The notes under the pieces are model-generated. The model was not told the origin of the DNA and made no database searches. It saw only the letters and a program-made list of their open reading frames with translations. Shown here piece by piece: positions 40,189 through 50,152 of a stretch of DNA of 64,000 bases. Both the position numbers and the translations under genes were made by a program. The stretch comes from Alphaproteobacteria bacterium. GTDB taxonomy: Bacteria; Pseudomonadota; Alphaproteobacteria; JBFXJJ01. The stretch covers positions 1 through 64,000 of the forward strand of contig JBFXJJ010000002.1 in NCBI GenBank assembly GCA_050175015.1, read 5' to 3'. Positions within the stretch are counted from its first letter, which is position 1, and each line of letters starts with the position of its first letter.

Positions 40189-40974
40189 ATGACTAAAAAC
40201 TTATTATTAATTTCTAAGACCAGTCTTTTAAATACCGCAAAAACGGCTCTTATCATAAGCCTTGTAAGCAGCGTTTCAGCCTGCGGTATACTTGGAAGAT
40301 TATCAGAAGTTGGAAAACCACCAGCTATCAGCAAAATTGAAAATCCAACAGAAAAAGCTGATTATCAACCTGTTTCTATGCCTATGCCTGAACCTAAAAT
40401 TGCCCAGCCAAGCACCAATTCGTTGTGGCGCACAGGCTCTAGGAGCTTTTTTAAAGACCAAAGGGCATCCAATATCGGCGATATTTTAACCGTAAAAGTA
40501 ACTATTGAAGATGACGCTTTATTAGAAAATAAATCTGAACAGAAAAGAGGCAGCAATAGCGACAGCTTATCTGTAAATGCTTTAGGAGGCTTAGAAAGTT
40601 ATGCCAATAAAATTCTGCCCGATGCAGTTGATCCAAGCAACTTGATTGACATTGAAAGCAAAAGATCAATTACAGGTGATGGCTCCATTGATAGAAATGA
40701 AAAAATTAATATGACTATGGCTGCGGTCGTTACGCAAATTATGCCTAACGGAAACTTAGTCATTCACGGCAGCCAAGAAGTACGAGTTAATTACGAATTA
40801 CGCCGCTTAGAATTAGAAGGCATTATCCGCAGGGAAGATATTTCCTCCCAGAACACCATAGAATCAAAGCAAATTGCTGAATTGCGTGTGGGATATGGCG
40901 GCAGAGGAACTTTAAGTGATATCCAACAGCCTCGTTATGGCAGCCAAGTTATGGATATCGTTATGCCGTTCTAA
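40189..40974 (+). CDS. flgH: L-ring protein FlgH
   Basis: Lipobox SAC, SLW...FFKDQRA..IGDILTV, PNGNL, ends PF. Confidence 0.96.
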   Translation: MTKNLLLISKTSLLNTAKTALIISLVSSVSACGILGRLSEVGKPPAISKIENPTEKADYQPVSMPMPEPKIAQPSTNSLWRTGSRSFFKDQRASNIGDILTVKVTIEDDALLENKSEQKRGSNSDSLSVNALGGLESYANKILPDAVDPSNLIDIESKRSITGDGSIDRNEKINMTMAAVVTQIMPNGNLVIHGSQEVRVNYELRRLELEGIIRREDISSQNTIESKQIAELRVGYGGRGTLSDIQQPRYGSQVMDIVMPF

Positions 40975-41167
40975 ATAATATTAATAATTATTTAAGTATA
41001 TTTCTTATAATATAAATGGAGGAAGAGTAGACAAGTACTAAATATTCTAAAATTACTATCGCTATATACAATATTTTGTGTTACATTTTTTAATACTTTA
41101 AACATTTTTAAAAAAACAAACAAAAAAACATTCGTTGTTTGTTTATCTGGGGAGAGGAATTTTAACC

Positions 41168-42145
41168 ATGACTTATACTAAGACTTTATCAACTACAGAA
41201 AACGATGCCGCCGCTTTAGTCAAATCGGCTTACCTACTCGCTAGTGCTAAAGACTCAGGTAATCCAACCGCTATGGCAACGGCACTTGATGAAAATTTAC
41301 GCCTTTGGATAGGCATAAAATCTCTAGTTGCTAACAAACGGCATTCTTTGCCTAACGATATTAAACAAAATCTAGTTAAACTGGCTGATTTTATTGCTCA
41401 AAAAACTTTTGAATACGGCGTTGAAATGCCTGAAAGTACTTTAAAAACTTTTATTAACTCCAATCTTCAAATTTCTGAAGGTCTTTTAGCTCCAATTCAA
41501 CTTTCTGTAGTAGAAAAAGATTCTCTTGCTTTATTAAAGTGTGCTTTTGATTTATCTAATGCTAAGAAAGAAAATGATTTAAAAGCTCTAACAATCGCTC
41601 TTGATAACAATTTAAAACTATGGGTAATCATTAGGACTGTCGTTAAAAGCCCTAATTGTGAACTTCCTGAAGATACCAAATTAAATCTTATTAAATTAAG
41701 CGAATTTACAGCTCAAAAAACTTTTGAGTTAAGCAATCAGATGAATGAAAGATCTATTGATGTTTTAATCAACAACAACCTTAATATTGCCGAAGGTTTG
41801 TTAACTGGTTCTAATATGAACCCTGCGGAACAAGATGCCATGGTTCTTGTAAAAGCTGCAGTTGAACTAACTAGTGCAAGAGACCGCAAAGACAAAGGGG
41901 CTTTAGTTCAAGCTCTTGACAGCAATCTCCAAATTTGGGTTGGCATTAAAACTGCTGCCAAAAGAAAAGAAAACCCTCTTTCTTCTGAAATTAAACAAAA
42001 TCTTATTAAACTAGCCGATTTTGTTGCCCAGAAAACATTTGAACTTGGCGAAAATATGAATGACACAACGTTAGATACTATTATTAACGCCAACTTACAA
42101 ATCTCTGAAGGTCTTTTAGAAAAAAGAAATTGCAAGCTTAATTGA
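41168..42145 (+). CDS. Protein of three tandem FlaF-like domains
   Basis: Three 105-aa repeats with ALDxNLxLW...LPxxIKxNLIKLAxF...LINxNLxIxEGL; RBS before ATG 41168. Confidence 0.82.
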   Translation: MTYTKTLSTTENDAAALVKSAYLLASAKDSGNPTAMATALDENLRLWIGIKSLVANKRHSLPNDIKQNLVKLADFIAQKTFEYGVEMPESTLKTFINSNLQISEGLLAPIQLSVVEKDSLALLKCAFDLSNAKKENDLKALTIALDNNLKLWVIIRTVVKSPNCELPEDTKLNLIKLSEFTAQKTFELSNQMNERSIDVLINNNLNIAEGLLTGSNMNPAEQDAMVLVKAAVELTSARDRKDKGALVQALDSNLQIWVGIKTAAKRKENPLSSEIKQNLIKLADFVAQKTFELGENMNDTTLDTIINANLQISEGLLEKRNCKLN

Positions 42146-42187
42146 CTAACGTCTTTAGATATTTAGTTAACAACTTATAAATCTAAT

Positions 42188-42223
42188 AAAATGCGGAATG
42201 TTGAAAAAACACTCCGCATTTTT
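42188..42223. terminator. Bidirectional terminator between the FlaF x3 and RND genes
   Basis: AAAATGCGGA / TCCGCATTTT inverted repeat. Confidence 0.7.
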
Positions 42224-42270
42224 GATGGAATAATAAAAACATTAAAGCAATATCAATTTAGCTTTAAATG

Positions 42271-45200
42271 TTAGCGTTCTTTAATATTAAAAAAGCTGGC
42301 ATAAAAAACAGGAACAACAATCATTGTCAAAATCGTTGCAAAAGTTAAACCACCCATAATAGTAACAGCCATACCAGCGAAGAAATCATCAAAGATTAAT
42401 GGAGCCATACCAAGTATCGTTGTTAAAGCCGCCATACTTACAGGTCTAAGTCTGGAAACACTCCCATCGACTAGAGCTGAAAACTTATTTTTCCCTGATG
42501 CTATTCTTGTATCAATTTCATCAATTAAAACCACAGCATTTTTAATCAGCATTCCTGACAAACTAAGAAAACCCAATAATGCCATAAAATTAAATGCAAC
42601 TCCTGAAACTAAAAGACCAAAAGTAACTCCGATAATGGCGAAAGGAACTGTGAGCCATATGATAAGAGGCTGTTTTACCTTTCCAAACAAGAGGATTACA
42701 ATAACAATCATAATAGCAAAACTAAGAGGCAGATTAGATCCTAATGAAGCTTGAGCATCTCTTGAATTTTCATATTCTCCACCCCATTCCAAATGATATC
42801 CCATTGGAAGTTCCAATTTTTCAATTTGAGGTCTTACTCTGGAAAAAATAGACATTGTATTTTCTCCAATCAGAGGATCAGCCATAACAGTTAGGGTACG
42901 TTCCCGATTACGTCTTGCAATGATGCCATCTTCAGTTTTGGTTTCAAAGCTTTCTACTACTTGCGAAATTGGAATACTACTGCCCAAGCCGCTGCTATAA
43001 ATTAAAACATTTTCAATATTTGACGAGCTAAGCCTTTCTTCAAGAGGAGACCTCACAACTATCGGCAGAAGATTATCTTTTTCACGATAAACCCCAACCG
43101 TTTCTCCAGAAACGTTAATTAAAAGCGATTGACTTAAATCCTGCCTGCTTATTCCTGCTTTGCGACCTCTTTCTTCTGAAAAAACAGGGACTATAATTTT
43201 TTCGCGATGACGCCAATTGTGTTTAATATTTTGCAACTTGCCATCACTATAAAAAATTTCTTCTATTTTTGTAGCATACTCTCTTAAAACATCAGCATCT
43301 TGACCTGTAATTCTTGCTTCTATTTTGGCACCAGAGCTTGGACCTATAGCTACACGTTTGGTATAAACCATAGCTTGAGGGAATTTGTCTTCAATATACG
43401 CTTCGACTTTTCTTCTAAACGCTTCAATATAAATTTTATCTGTTGTTCTAACGATAAATTGAGAATAACTCGAATTAGTCTGTTCTGGAGTGTAAACCAA
43501 CATAAATCTTGTCGCACCACGTCCTATAAAAGATGATACAGAATCAAACCCTTCTTGCTGCATAATAAACTTTTCAATTTTCACAACATCATCTTTAACT
43601 GCTGCAATATCTGTCCCCTGTTTACGCCAATAATCAATATAGAAAATAGGAGTACTAGAATCTGGAAAGAACGCCTGTTTAACAAAACCAAAGCCAACAA
43701 CCGCCATAACAAGAAAAAGCAACAAAGTGAGAACCGTGAGTTTTCTATGTTTCAAACACTTAATTAAAAATCTTTTATATATCATAAAAGCACTATGATT
43801 ATAAGCTTCGCCTTCTTGAACTTCGCCTTCAACAAAAAAGTATGATCCAAGAAGTGGCGTTACGAAAACGGCAAAAACCCAGCTTAAAAGAAGTGATATG
43901 CCAACAACAGCAAACAAAGAAAAACAAAATTCTCCAGTTGAATCTTGAGAGAGACCAATACCAGAAAAAGCCATAACCGCAACTATGGTAGCCCCCAAAA
44001 GAGGAACCATTGTCTGTTTAACAACTTCACTTGCTGCCTCTGTGGAATTTTTACCATGATTTACACCAACCATCATTCCTTCTGCAACCACGATGGCATT
44101 ATCAACCAGCATACCCATAGCTATAATTAAAGCGCCAAGAGATATTCTTTCCATATCGATTCCAAAAATTTTCATAAAGAAAATTGTTCCCATAACCGTT
44201 AGGAAAAGGATAATTCCAATAACAACACCTGAACGCCACCCCATAGTAAGGCAAAGAACAGCCACCACAATAATAACAGATTCAACGAGATTAGTAACAA
44301 AGCCATTAACAGCCGCATCAACAACTTTATGCTGCTCATAAATCGGCGAAAGTTTTATACCAATAGGAATAATCGTTTGTAATTCTTCTAGTTTAGCCTC
44401 AACAGCATTGCCGACATCAACAATATTTACTCCAGAAACTCCAGAAACACCTATTGTCAAAGCTTCCTTACCATTAAACCTAACTAAATGGTTTGGAACT
44501 TCTTGAAACCCTCTGGTTACATTGGCAATATCTCCCAAACGGAAAAGGTTTTTTTCACCCGGAACACCTATTTGCAAATTTTCGATTGCTTCAACACTAT
44601 CAATATTGCCGCTTGGTCTGATTTTTATTCTATCATCTGATATTTTAATTGAACCAGAATCTGAAACTAAGTTTTGAGCCTGAAGTGTTTGAAAAATTGC
44701 AGATGCTGAAATTTTAAGCTGTGATATTTTTCTTGCTGATATTTCAACAAAAATTTCTTCGGTTAAATCGCCTGCTATAGAAACTTTGCCAACCCCCGTT
44801 ACCATTAGCAGTTTTCGTCTTAAGACCTTTGCAAAGTCTTGTATTTCCTTTCTGGTATATCCATCACCTGTTATGGCATAAAAAATTCCATAAACATCGC
44901 CATAATCATCATTAACAATCGGATCTTGAACCCCAGAAGGAAGTGACGATTTAACATCATTAACTTTACGTCTTAACTCGTCCCACACTTGAGGCAGCTC
45001 TGTACCATCATATTCGTCCCTAATTTCAACTGTTATTTCAGAATAACCCGTCGAAGATTTAGACGTTATTTTATCAATCTGCGGAAGCTGCTGGATAGCA
45101 GATTCTAGTTTTTCTGTAACTTCCTTTTCAACTTCCTTAGGTGACGCTCCAGGGTAGAGAGTAATAACAATCGCACTTTTAATTGTAAACTCAGGATCCT

Positions 45201-45306
45201 CTAACCTTCCAATGTTAAAAAAACCATAAATCCCACCTAACAGACAAATTATCATTAAAAGCCAAGTATTAACCGGCTTTTTAATCGAAGAACGAGCAAT
45301 GTCCAT
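42271..45306 (-). CDS. RND efflux permease (AcrB/AcrD/AcrF family)
   Basis: 1011 aa, GRLEDPEF, YPGASPKEVE, LVDNAIVV, LIKNAVVL, RLRPV. Confidence 0.95.
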   Translation of the reverse strand: MDIARSSIKKPVNTWLLMIICLLGGIYGFFNIGRLEDPEFTIKSAIVITLYPGASPKEVEKEVTEKLESAIQQLPQIDKITSKSSTGYSEITVEIRDEYDGTELPQVWDELRRKVNDVKSSLPSGVQDPIVNDDYGDVYGIFYAITGDGYTRKEIQDFAKVLRRKLLMVTGVGKVSIAGDLTEEIFVEISARKISQLKISASAIFQTLQAQNLVSDSGSIKISDDRIKIRPSGNIDSVEAIENLQIGVPGEKNLFRLGDIANVTRGFQEVPNHLVRFNGKEALTIGVSGVSGVNIVDVGNAVEAKLEELQTIIPIGIKLSPIYEQHKVVDAAVNGFVTNLVESVIIVVAVLCLTMGWRSGVVIGIILFLTVMGTIFFMKIFGIDMERISLGALIIAMGMLVDNAIVVAEGMMVGVNHGKNSTEAASEVVKQTMVPLLGATIVAVMAFSGIGLSQDSTGEFCFSLFAVVGISLLLSWVFAVFVTPLLGSYFFVEGEVQEGEAYNHSAFMIYKRFLIKCLKHRKLTVLTLLLFLVMAVVGFGFVKQAFFPDSSTPIFYIDYWRKQGTDIAAVKDDVVKIEKFIMQQEGFDSVSSFIGRGATRFMLVYTPEQTNSSYSQFIVRTTDKIYIEAFRRKVEAYIEDKFPQAMVYTKRVAIGPSSGAKIEARITGQDADVLREYATKIEEIFYSDGKLQNIKHNWRHREKIIVPVFSEERGRKAGISRQDLSQSLLINVSGETVGVYREKDNLLPIVVRSPLEERLSSSNIENVLIYSSGLGSSIPISQVVESFETKTEDGIIARRNRERTLTVMADPLIGENTMSIFSRVRPQIEKLELPMGYHLEWGGEYENSRDAQASLGSNLPLSFAIMIVIVILLFGKVKQPLIIWLTVPFAIIGVTFGLLVSGVAFNFMALLGFLSLSGMLIKNAVVLIDEIDTRIASGKNKFSALVDGSVSRLRPVSMAALTTILGMAPLIFDDFFAGMAVTIMGGLTFATILTMIVVPVFYASFFNIKER

Positions 45307-45312
45307 AGAATT

Positions 45313-46362
45313 TTACTCCAAATCCATTTGGTGAACTTTTTGATTCTCTCGCAAAAAATCACCTCCAGTGGCAACAATTCTTTCACCCTCATTTAAACCT
45401 TGGACAACATGCAAAGTATCAGAATAAATCCCTTCCGTCTCGATATCACGCCTTCCAACACTGCCATCATCATTAACAACCCAGACAAAAAGTTTGCCAT
45501 CTTCGCTTGGAACAACCGCCGTTGCAGGAATTTTGACATAATTGTTATCTTCATCTTTACTCATTTTGACTAAGATTGTTGCACTCATTCCTGCGAAGAT
45601 TCTAAAATCTCGAGGTCTATCCATAGAAAAGATAAATTTATATGTTTGAGTTGCCTCATCAGGAGATGTCATATGTTCTTTATATATAATAGGAAACATT
45701 TTTTCTGGCATAAAAGAGAAAACGGCATAAGCGTGATAATTAGAAATATCACTAGCTTTGGCGACCATATTTTCCGTTATGGCAAAACCAATATCAACTT
45801 TGGACATATCCTGCACTAAAACTACAGGCTCTCCAATTTCAACATTTTTAAAATTAGAAACGTATTTTTTAGCTATAACTAAATCAAATGGAGCAAGAAT
45901 TTTAGTATACTCTAAATTTTGTTTAGTTTTAGCAAGGTTAATAACCTGCAAATCATATTCTGTTTGGGCATCATCGTAAGCTGATTTTGAAGCAAAACCT
46001 CCGTGGCTATACAGTTCTTTCTTACGAAAAAGCTCCTGCTTTAATTGCTTCAACCTAACTTCTGCTTCGGCAACGTCTCTTTTAAAATCTGTAGGATCCA
46101 GCTCAGCAATAACATCTCCTTTTGTTACAACTTGACCTTCCAAAACAGGAAGATTATATAACTTTCCTGCAACCTGAAAAGAGAGAGTAGTTTCTTCTGT
46201 TGCTTCGACTGTTCCTGAAAAATTTTTAACATTTTCCTTATCTTCAGCTTCAACAGTCATAATTTTGGCCGGCCGCATAACTTCTTGCTCGACCTTGTTT
46301 TCTTCACCACAAGAAACCAGCAAAAACACTGCGCTCAATAGCAATACAACGTTCCTCTTCAT
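45313..46362 (-). CDS. RND periplasmic adaptor (MFP), lipoprotein
   Basis: Lipobox LVSC, LSFQVAG, ILAPFD, GLNEGERIV; start set at ATG 46362. Confidence 0.92.
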   Translation of the reverse strand: MKRNVVLLLSAVFLLVSCGEENKVEQEVMRPAKIMTVEAEDKENVKNFSGTVEATEETTLSFQVAGKLYNLPVLEGQVVTKGDVIAELDPTDFKRDVAEAEVRLKQLKQELFRKKELYSHGGFASKSAYDDAQTEYDLQVINLAKTKQNLEYTKILAPFDLVIAKKYVSNFKNVEIGEPVVLVQDMSKVDIGFAITENMVAKASDISNYHAYAVFSFMPEKMFPIIYKEHMTSPDEATQTYKFIFSMDRPRDFRIFAGMSATILVKMSKDEDNNYVKIPATAVVPSEDGKLFVWVVNDDGSVGRRDIETEGIYSDTLHVVQGLNEGERIVATGGDFLRENQKVHQMDLE

Positions 46363-46363
46363 T

Positions 46364-46951
46364 TTATCCCCCACATTTTTCATTGCCGTGTTCATCAACA
46401 ATTTTGTTAAGTATATCTATAAAATGTATTTTTTCTTCTCCTGATAACGGGGACAAGCCCAGTATTTGAGTTAAAGCCAGTCCTTCACAAGCAATTTTTA
46501 CTAACATTGCAATATCTTCATTTTCAGATTGTTTTTTTAGTTCTTGCCATTCGTCACTAAAATAATCTCTTAAACGCTGAACTTCATTTGGATTATTGGC
46601 CGCAAACATAAGAACAGATGTTGCCATTGCTTTTAATTCTTCATTATTTTCTTCCAGCCCTAAGATTAGAGCCTTTAAATAACGATTTTTAGGATCATCT
46701 ATTTTCGACATTTTATCTTCTATTATATCTCTATAAGCAAAAACAAAACGATCCACCATTGCATTCAACAATGCTTCTTTATTAGGAAAATGATAAAGAA
46801 GTCCACCCTTGCTGATTTTTGCATATTCAGCAACCGAATCAAGTGTAAGGTTTCCAGCTCCCTTTTCTATAACCACCCTCTCTGTTGCTTGCAGAATTTG
46901 TTCTTTTGATGAGGGACGCCCTTTTGTTGGAGTTGTTTTCTTAACTATCAT
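46364..46951 (-). CDS. TetR-family regulator
   Basis: HTH TLDSVAEYAKISKGGLLYHFPNKEALL; first gene of the efflux operon. Confidence 0.94.
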   Translation of the reverse strand: MIVKKTTPTKGRPSSKEQILQATERVVIEKGAGNLTLDSVAEYAKISKGGLLYHFPNKEALLNAMVDRFVFAYRDIIEDKMSKIDDPKNRYLKALILGLEENNEELKAMATSVLMFAANNPNEVQRLRDYFSDEWQELKKQSENEDIAMLVKIACEGLALTQILGLSPLSGEEKIHFIDILNKIVDEHGNEKCGG

Positions 46952-46961
46952 TATATTCTCC

Positions 46962-46995
46962 CAATATATAAACAGACCAGACGGTTTATATATTG
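46962..46995. promoter_or_regulatory. Palindromic TetR operator
   Basis: CAATATATAAAC-AGACCAGACG-GTTTATATATTG perfect 12-bp inverted repeat about 10 bp upstream of the tetR start. Confidence 0.8.
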
Positions 46996-47210
46996 CTTTT
47001 TTTCTTGGCGGTCAAGATTTTTTTTAAGCCCTAAAACTTTTTACAGGCATATAGTTGTATAAATTTTCAGAAACATTTTTCTTTAAAAAAAACAAGCACT
47101 TTGAGTGCTGTTACGTGCACAAAAACTTTATATCCCACAAAATTTACCGTAAAACGAAGAGGAAGCATTCAAACTAAGATATCCCCTTCTCTAAGTAATA
47201 AAAATAGATA

Positions 47211-48008
47211 TTAAAATTGGCATTCAGGGCAACGAACTAAAATTTCATTTTCCATATTTTCTGCTTGAATATCAATGTCTTCAACAAACCACATAATATC
47301 ATCTTTTCTCTCTCTAAGCATTTGTTGAAACTTATCTCTATAAAAAAGCAAGGAACTAACTTCTGCTATTTTTACATCAAATATTTTAAAACCAGTCTCC
47401 TGCTTTTTCAGCCTAAAGCCTATAGATACCGAGCCATCTTGAGCCTGCACATTATTTATATCAGGAACATTAGCCGCAACATTACTGCTTCCGTTTAAAT
47501 TATTGGTAGTATCTGCCGCTAGCGGTTTATTGTCTTTAATATTGTTATTTTCCTCTGGGTTATTTCCAGCATTATGAAAAGCAATTTTTACAATTACATT
47601 TACATCGCTGTCATTTGAACCTTTTTCATTTTGGTTTTCTCTATCGACTGATTTTAAGTAAGCATCTTGTGCCAGCACAAAAGGCATAGATTTATAACTT
47701 GCCAACAAATATCTTTTAAAAACTCTTAAATAATAATTTCTGACCTCGGGAGACATATATCTCCAATATCTTCCCATAACAAAATGGCCAACACCTTCGA
47801 TATCGAAGTTGTCAACAATGAAAGCATCCATTTTTTTAAATCGCTCTAATTGATTTTTTTCCATAAAAATCTGAAGAGCTTCTTCGCCTTTTGCTCTTGC
47901 CCAGCTTTCAGCTTCACCATTAACAGCAGCAGAACTTGAAGCAATAACGATAAAAAACATTAGTATGGTTATAATAGTTTTTTTCAAAAAAGACATTTTT
48001 GATTCCAT
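47211..48008 (-). CDS. MlaC/Ttg2D-like periplasmic protein with Asn-rich insertion
   Basis: Signal peptide, FDIEGVGHFVMGRYWR, FKIFDVKIAEVS...YRDKF. Confidence 0.75.
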   Translation of the reverse strand: MESKMSFLKKTIITILMFFIVIASSSAAVNGEAESWARAKGEEALQIFMEKNQLERFKKMDAFIVDNFDIEGVGHFVMGRYWRYMSPEVRNYYLRVFKRYLLASYKSMPFVLAQDAYLKSVDRENQNEKGSNDSDVNVIVKIAFHNAGNNPEENNNIKDNKPLAADTTNNLNGSSNVAANVPDINNVQAQDGSVSIGFRLKKQETGFKIFDVKIAEVSSLLFYRDKFQQMLRERKDDIMWFVEDIDIQAENMENEILVRCPECQF

Positions 48009-48128
48009 TTAAAGAACTGTTTTTTTATAATTTTATCACAAAGCTATAAAAATTACATTTATATTGCTTCCCTTATAACTTAATATATAAAAAATTCGTA
48101 GCTAAAATGATTCTAAGGACTTTAATTA

Positions 48129-49175
48129 ATGGGTTTTCCTAGCCGCATAAAAACTATCTCGTTATTGCTGTTTTTTTTATTAGCAGCTATGCCTGCATAT
48201 GCTCAAAGCGTTTCTGAATATTCTACCATGAACGGTATCCGTTATCGTGGATATATTAACTGCGGCACCGACCTTACAACCAATGCTTTTGCTGAAACTT
48301 TAGATAACGGCGCCAGTTGGACAGGCTTTGATGCCGATATCTGCAAAGCTCTGTCTTTAGCCGTGTTTGGCTTTCCTGATCGTTTCAGAATGGTTTCGGT
48401 AACAGCTGAGAATCGTTACGATGCTCTTAGAAGGGGACAAATAGACATTCTTTTAGGGGGAGCCCCCTATCTTCCTTCTAGCGATTCTTTAGACAAAATT
48501 ATTTTTGCCGCACCATTATTTATGCACGAACAAGGTTTTGTCGGGCATTTCAAAGAAAATGCCAAATCAATGACCGATTACAAAAAAAGCCGAGTCTGCG
48601 TTCGTAAAAACACCACCGTGCTAGACAACCTCATTTTTTACAACAAGCTTTACCGCCTTGGTTTCCGCATTTTTCCTGTAGAAACATTTTCTCAAGCTCG
48701 AGAATATCTATTTTTAAAACACTGCGATTTATATGCTGATTATCAAGAAATGCTGCGTTCAAAAGAACTTAAAAACTTTCCTGCTAATATAGATTTAGTC
48801 GCCCTTCCTGAAACGATAGCGATTGAAACTGCAGGAGCTGCCGTAAAAGATGATGACGCTAAATGGTTTAAAATCGTGCGCTGGGTTATTCGGTCTTTAG
48901 TTTTAGCTGAAACTAAAAATGTAACTAGAGAAAATGCAGGTCTTCTAGAAAATACCCAAGATCCTCAAATCCAAAATCTGCTTGGAATTAATCCTAACTT
49001 AGGAGCAAGACTTGGTCTTGCACCGAGATGGGGCATTAACATTATTAAAGATGTAGGGAACTATGGTGAAATATTTGAGCGAAATTTAGGCAAAGATTCG
49101 CAATTTAACTTCTCAAGAGGCGTTAATATGCCTATTTCAGAAGGTGGTTTTTTATGGACACCATCTTTTAACTAA
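48129..49175 (+). CDS. AapJ-like ABC solute-binding protein (divergent)
   Basis: Signal peptide, WTGFDADICKA, WFKIVRW, VGNYGEIFERNLG. Confidence 0.85.
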   Translation: MGFPSRIKTISLLLFFLLAAMPAYAQSVSEYSTMNGIRYRGYINCGTDLTTNAFAETLDNGASWTGFDADICKALSLAVFGFPDRFRMVSVTAENRYDALRRGQIDILLGGAPYLPSSDSLDKIIFAAPLFMHEQGFVGHFKENAKSMTDYKKSRVCVRKNTTVLDNLIFYNKLYRLGFRIFPVETFSQAREYLFLKHCDLYADYQEMLRSKELKNFPANIDLVALPETIAIETAGAAVKDDDAKWFKIVRWVIRSLVLAETKNVTRENAGLLENTQDPQIQNLLGINPNLGARLGLAPRWGINIIKDVGNYGEIFERNLGKDSQFNFSRGVNMPISEGGFLWTPSFN

Positions 49176-49322
49176 AAAAACAAAAAACAATTTATCTATT
49201 AAAAACAATTAGTTAACCATTAATCGAAATAATTTTTATCCGAAAAACAAAAAAACGCTTGTTTTGTCCATAAAATTATGTATAATGAATTTAGTTTTGT
49301 AATTCTTATCATGGAGATTAAA

Positions 49323-49532
49323 ATGGCAAAATTCGATTCAAACTTTCTTTCTAGTGAAGATGCAGTAAAGAAATTTTCTAACATCGTTATTGAACGTGGT
49401 GCTGGAAAAAATGCTCTTCGTTCAGAAGTTTTAAGCTTCTTAGCTAAAGAAGGTATTAATCCAGTTAGGAAATCTGGTCGCACTCCAGTTATTAATCCTA
49501 TCTTGGCAAGCAAAAACAATCGCAGCCATTAA
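49323..49532 (+). CDS. Small basic hypothetical protein, 69 aa
   Basis: GGAG RBS before ATG 49323; own terminator downstream. Confidence 0.75.
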   Translation: MAKFDSNFLSSEDAVKKFSNIVIERGAGKNALRSEVLSFLAKEGINPVRKSGRTPVINPILASKNNRSH

Positions 49533-49554
49533 TCAAAAGTTAATCTCGATTAAT

Positions 49555-49589
49555 AAAATACGGTGTTGATATCTCAACACCGTATTTTT
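49555..49589 (+). terminator. Intrinsic terminator
   Basis: AAAATACGGTGTTGA / TCAACACCGTATTTT 15-bp inverted repeat. Confidence 0.8.
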
Positions 49590-49643
49590 GTGTTAAAGTA
49601 TTTTCTACTGTAAAAATCTTTAATAATAATATATATATTCGCT

Positions 49644-50078
49644 ATGGATAAAAAAGAACCACCAATAAAGTCAGCTGGCGACTACATAATAGCTATCAAC
49701 AAGGAAAGAGAGGTCTTAATCTCTATGCCTTTGCTTTATGATATGCCTGAGAAAGCTGTCATTATTTACGATGGTGGGGATCACGCTTTGTTGAAGCGCA
49801 ACAAAGACACATCGGTTCTTCTTGATTATGTTACTCCTGAATTTAAATATTACACTCCTCGTTCTGACAAGCTATACATTGCAGAATTTGGAGGCAAACT
49901 AAATGATTTTTCAACTGTTCGCTGGACTTATATTGCCCGCATTCTCAATGAAGAGCTTCCCATTACCGATCTTCCGCCTTCACGTGAAGAAATCTTTGAA
50001 AAACTTGAACAAGCTAAAATTGATGGTAACCTTGAAGAAGTTGCCGCACAGCTTGCTGAAGAATATGATCTTTTTTAA
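49644..50078 (+). CDS. Hypothetical protein, 144 aa, paralogue of 397-693
   Basis: ORF 74 bp upstream of the Clp ATPase gene; shares the YDG...LLD...AE pattern. Confidence 0.8.
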   Translation: MDKKEPPIKSAGDYIIAINKEREVLISMPLLYDMPEKAVIIYDGGDHALLKRNKDTSVLLDYVTPEFKYYTPRSDKLYIAEFGGKLNDFSTVRWTYIARILNEELPITDLPPSREEIFEKLEQAKIDGNLEEVAAQLAEEYDLF

Positions 50079-50152
50079 AAAAGCTATAAATTTTTCTTCA
50101 TTTAAGATAGTATATATTTCAGGTTTTAATAAAAAAATAGGTTAACGCTGCT

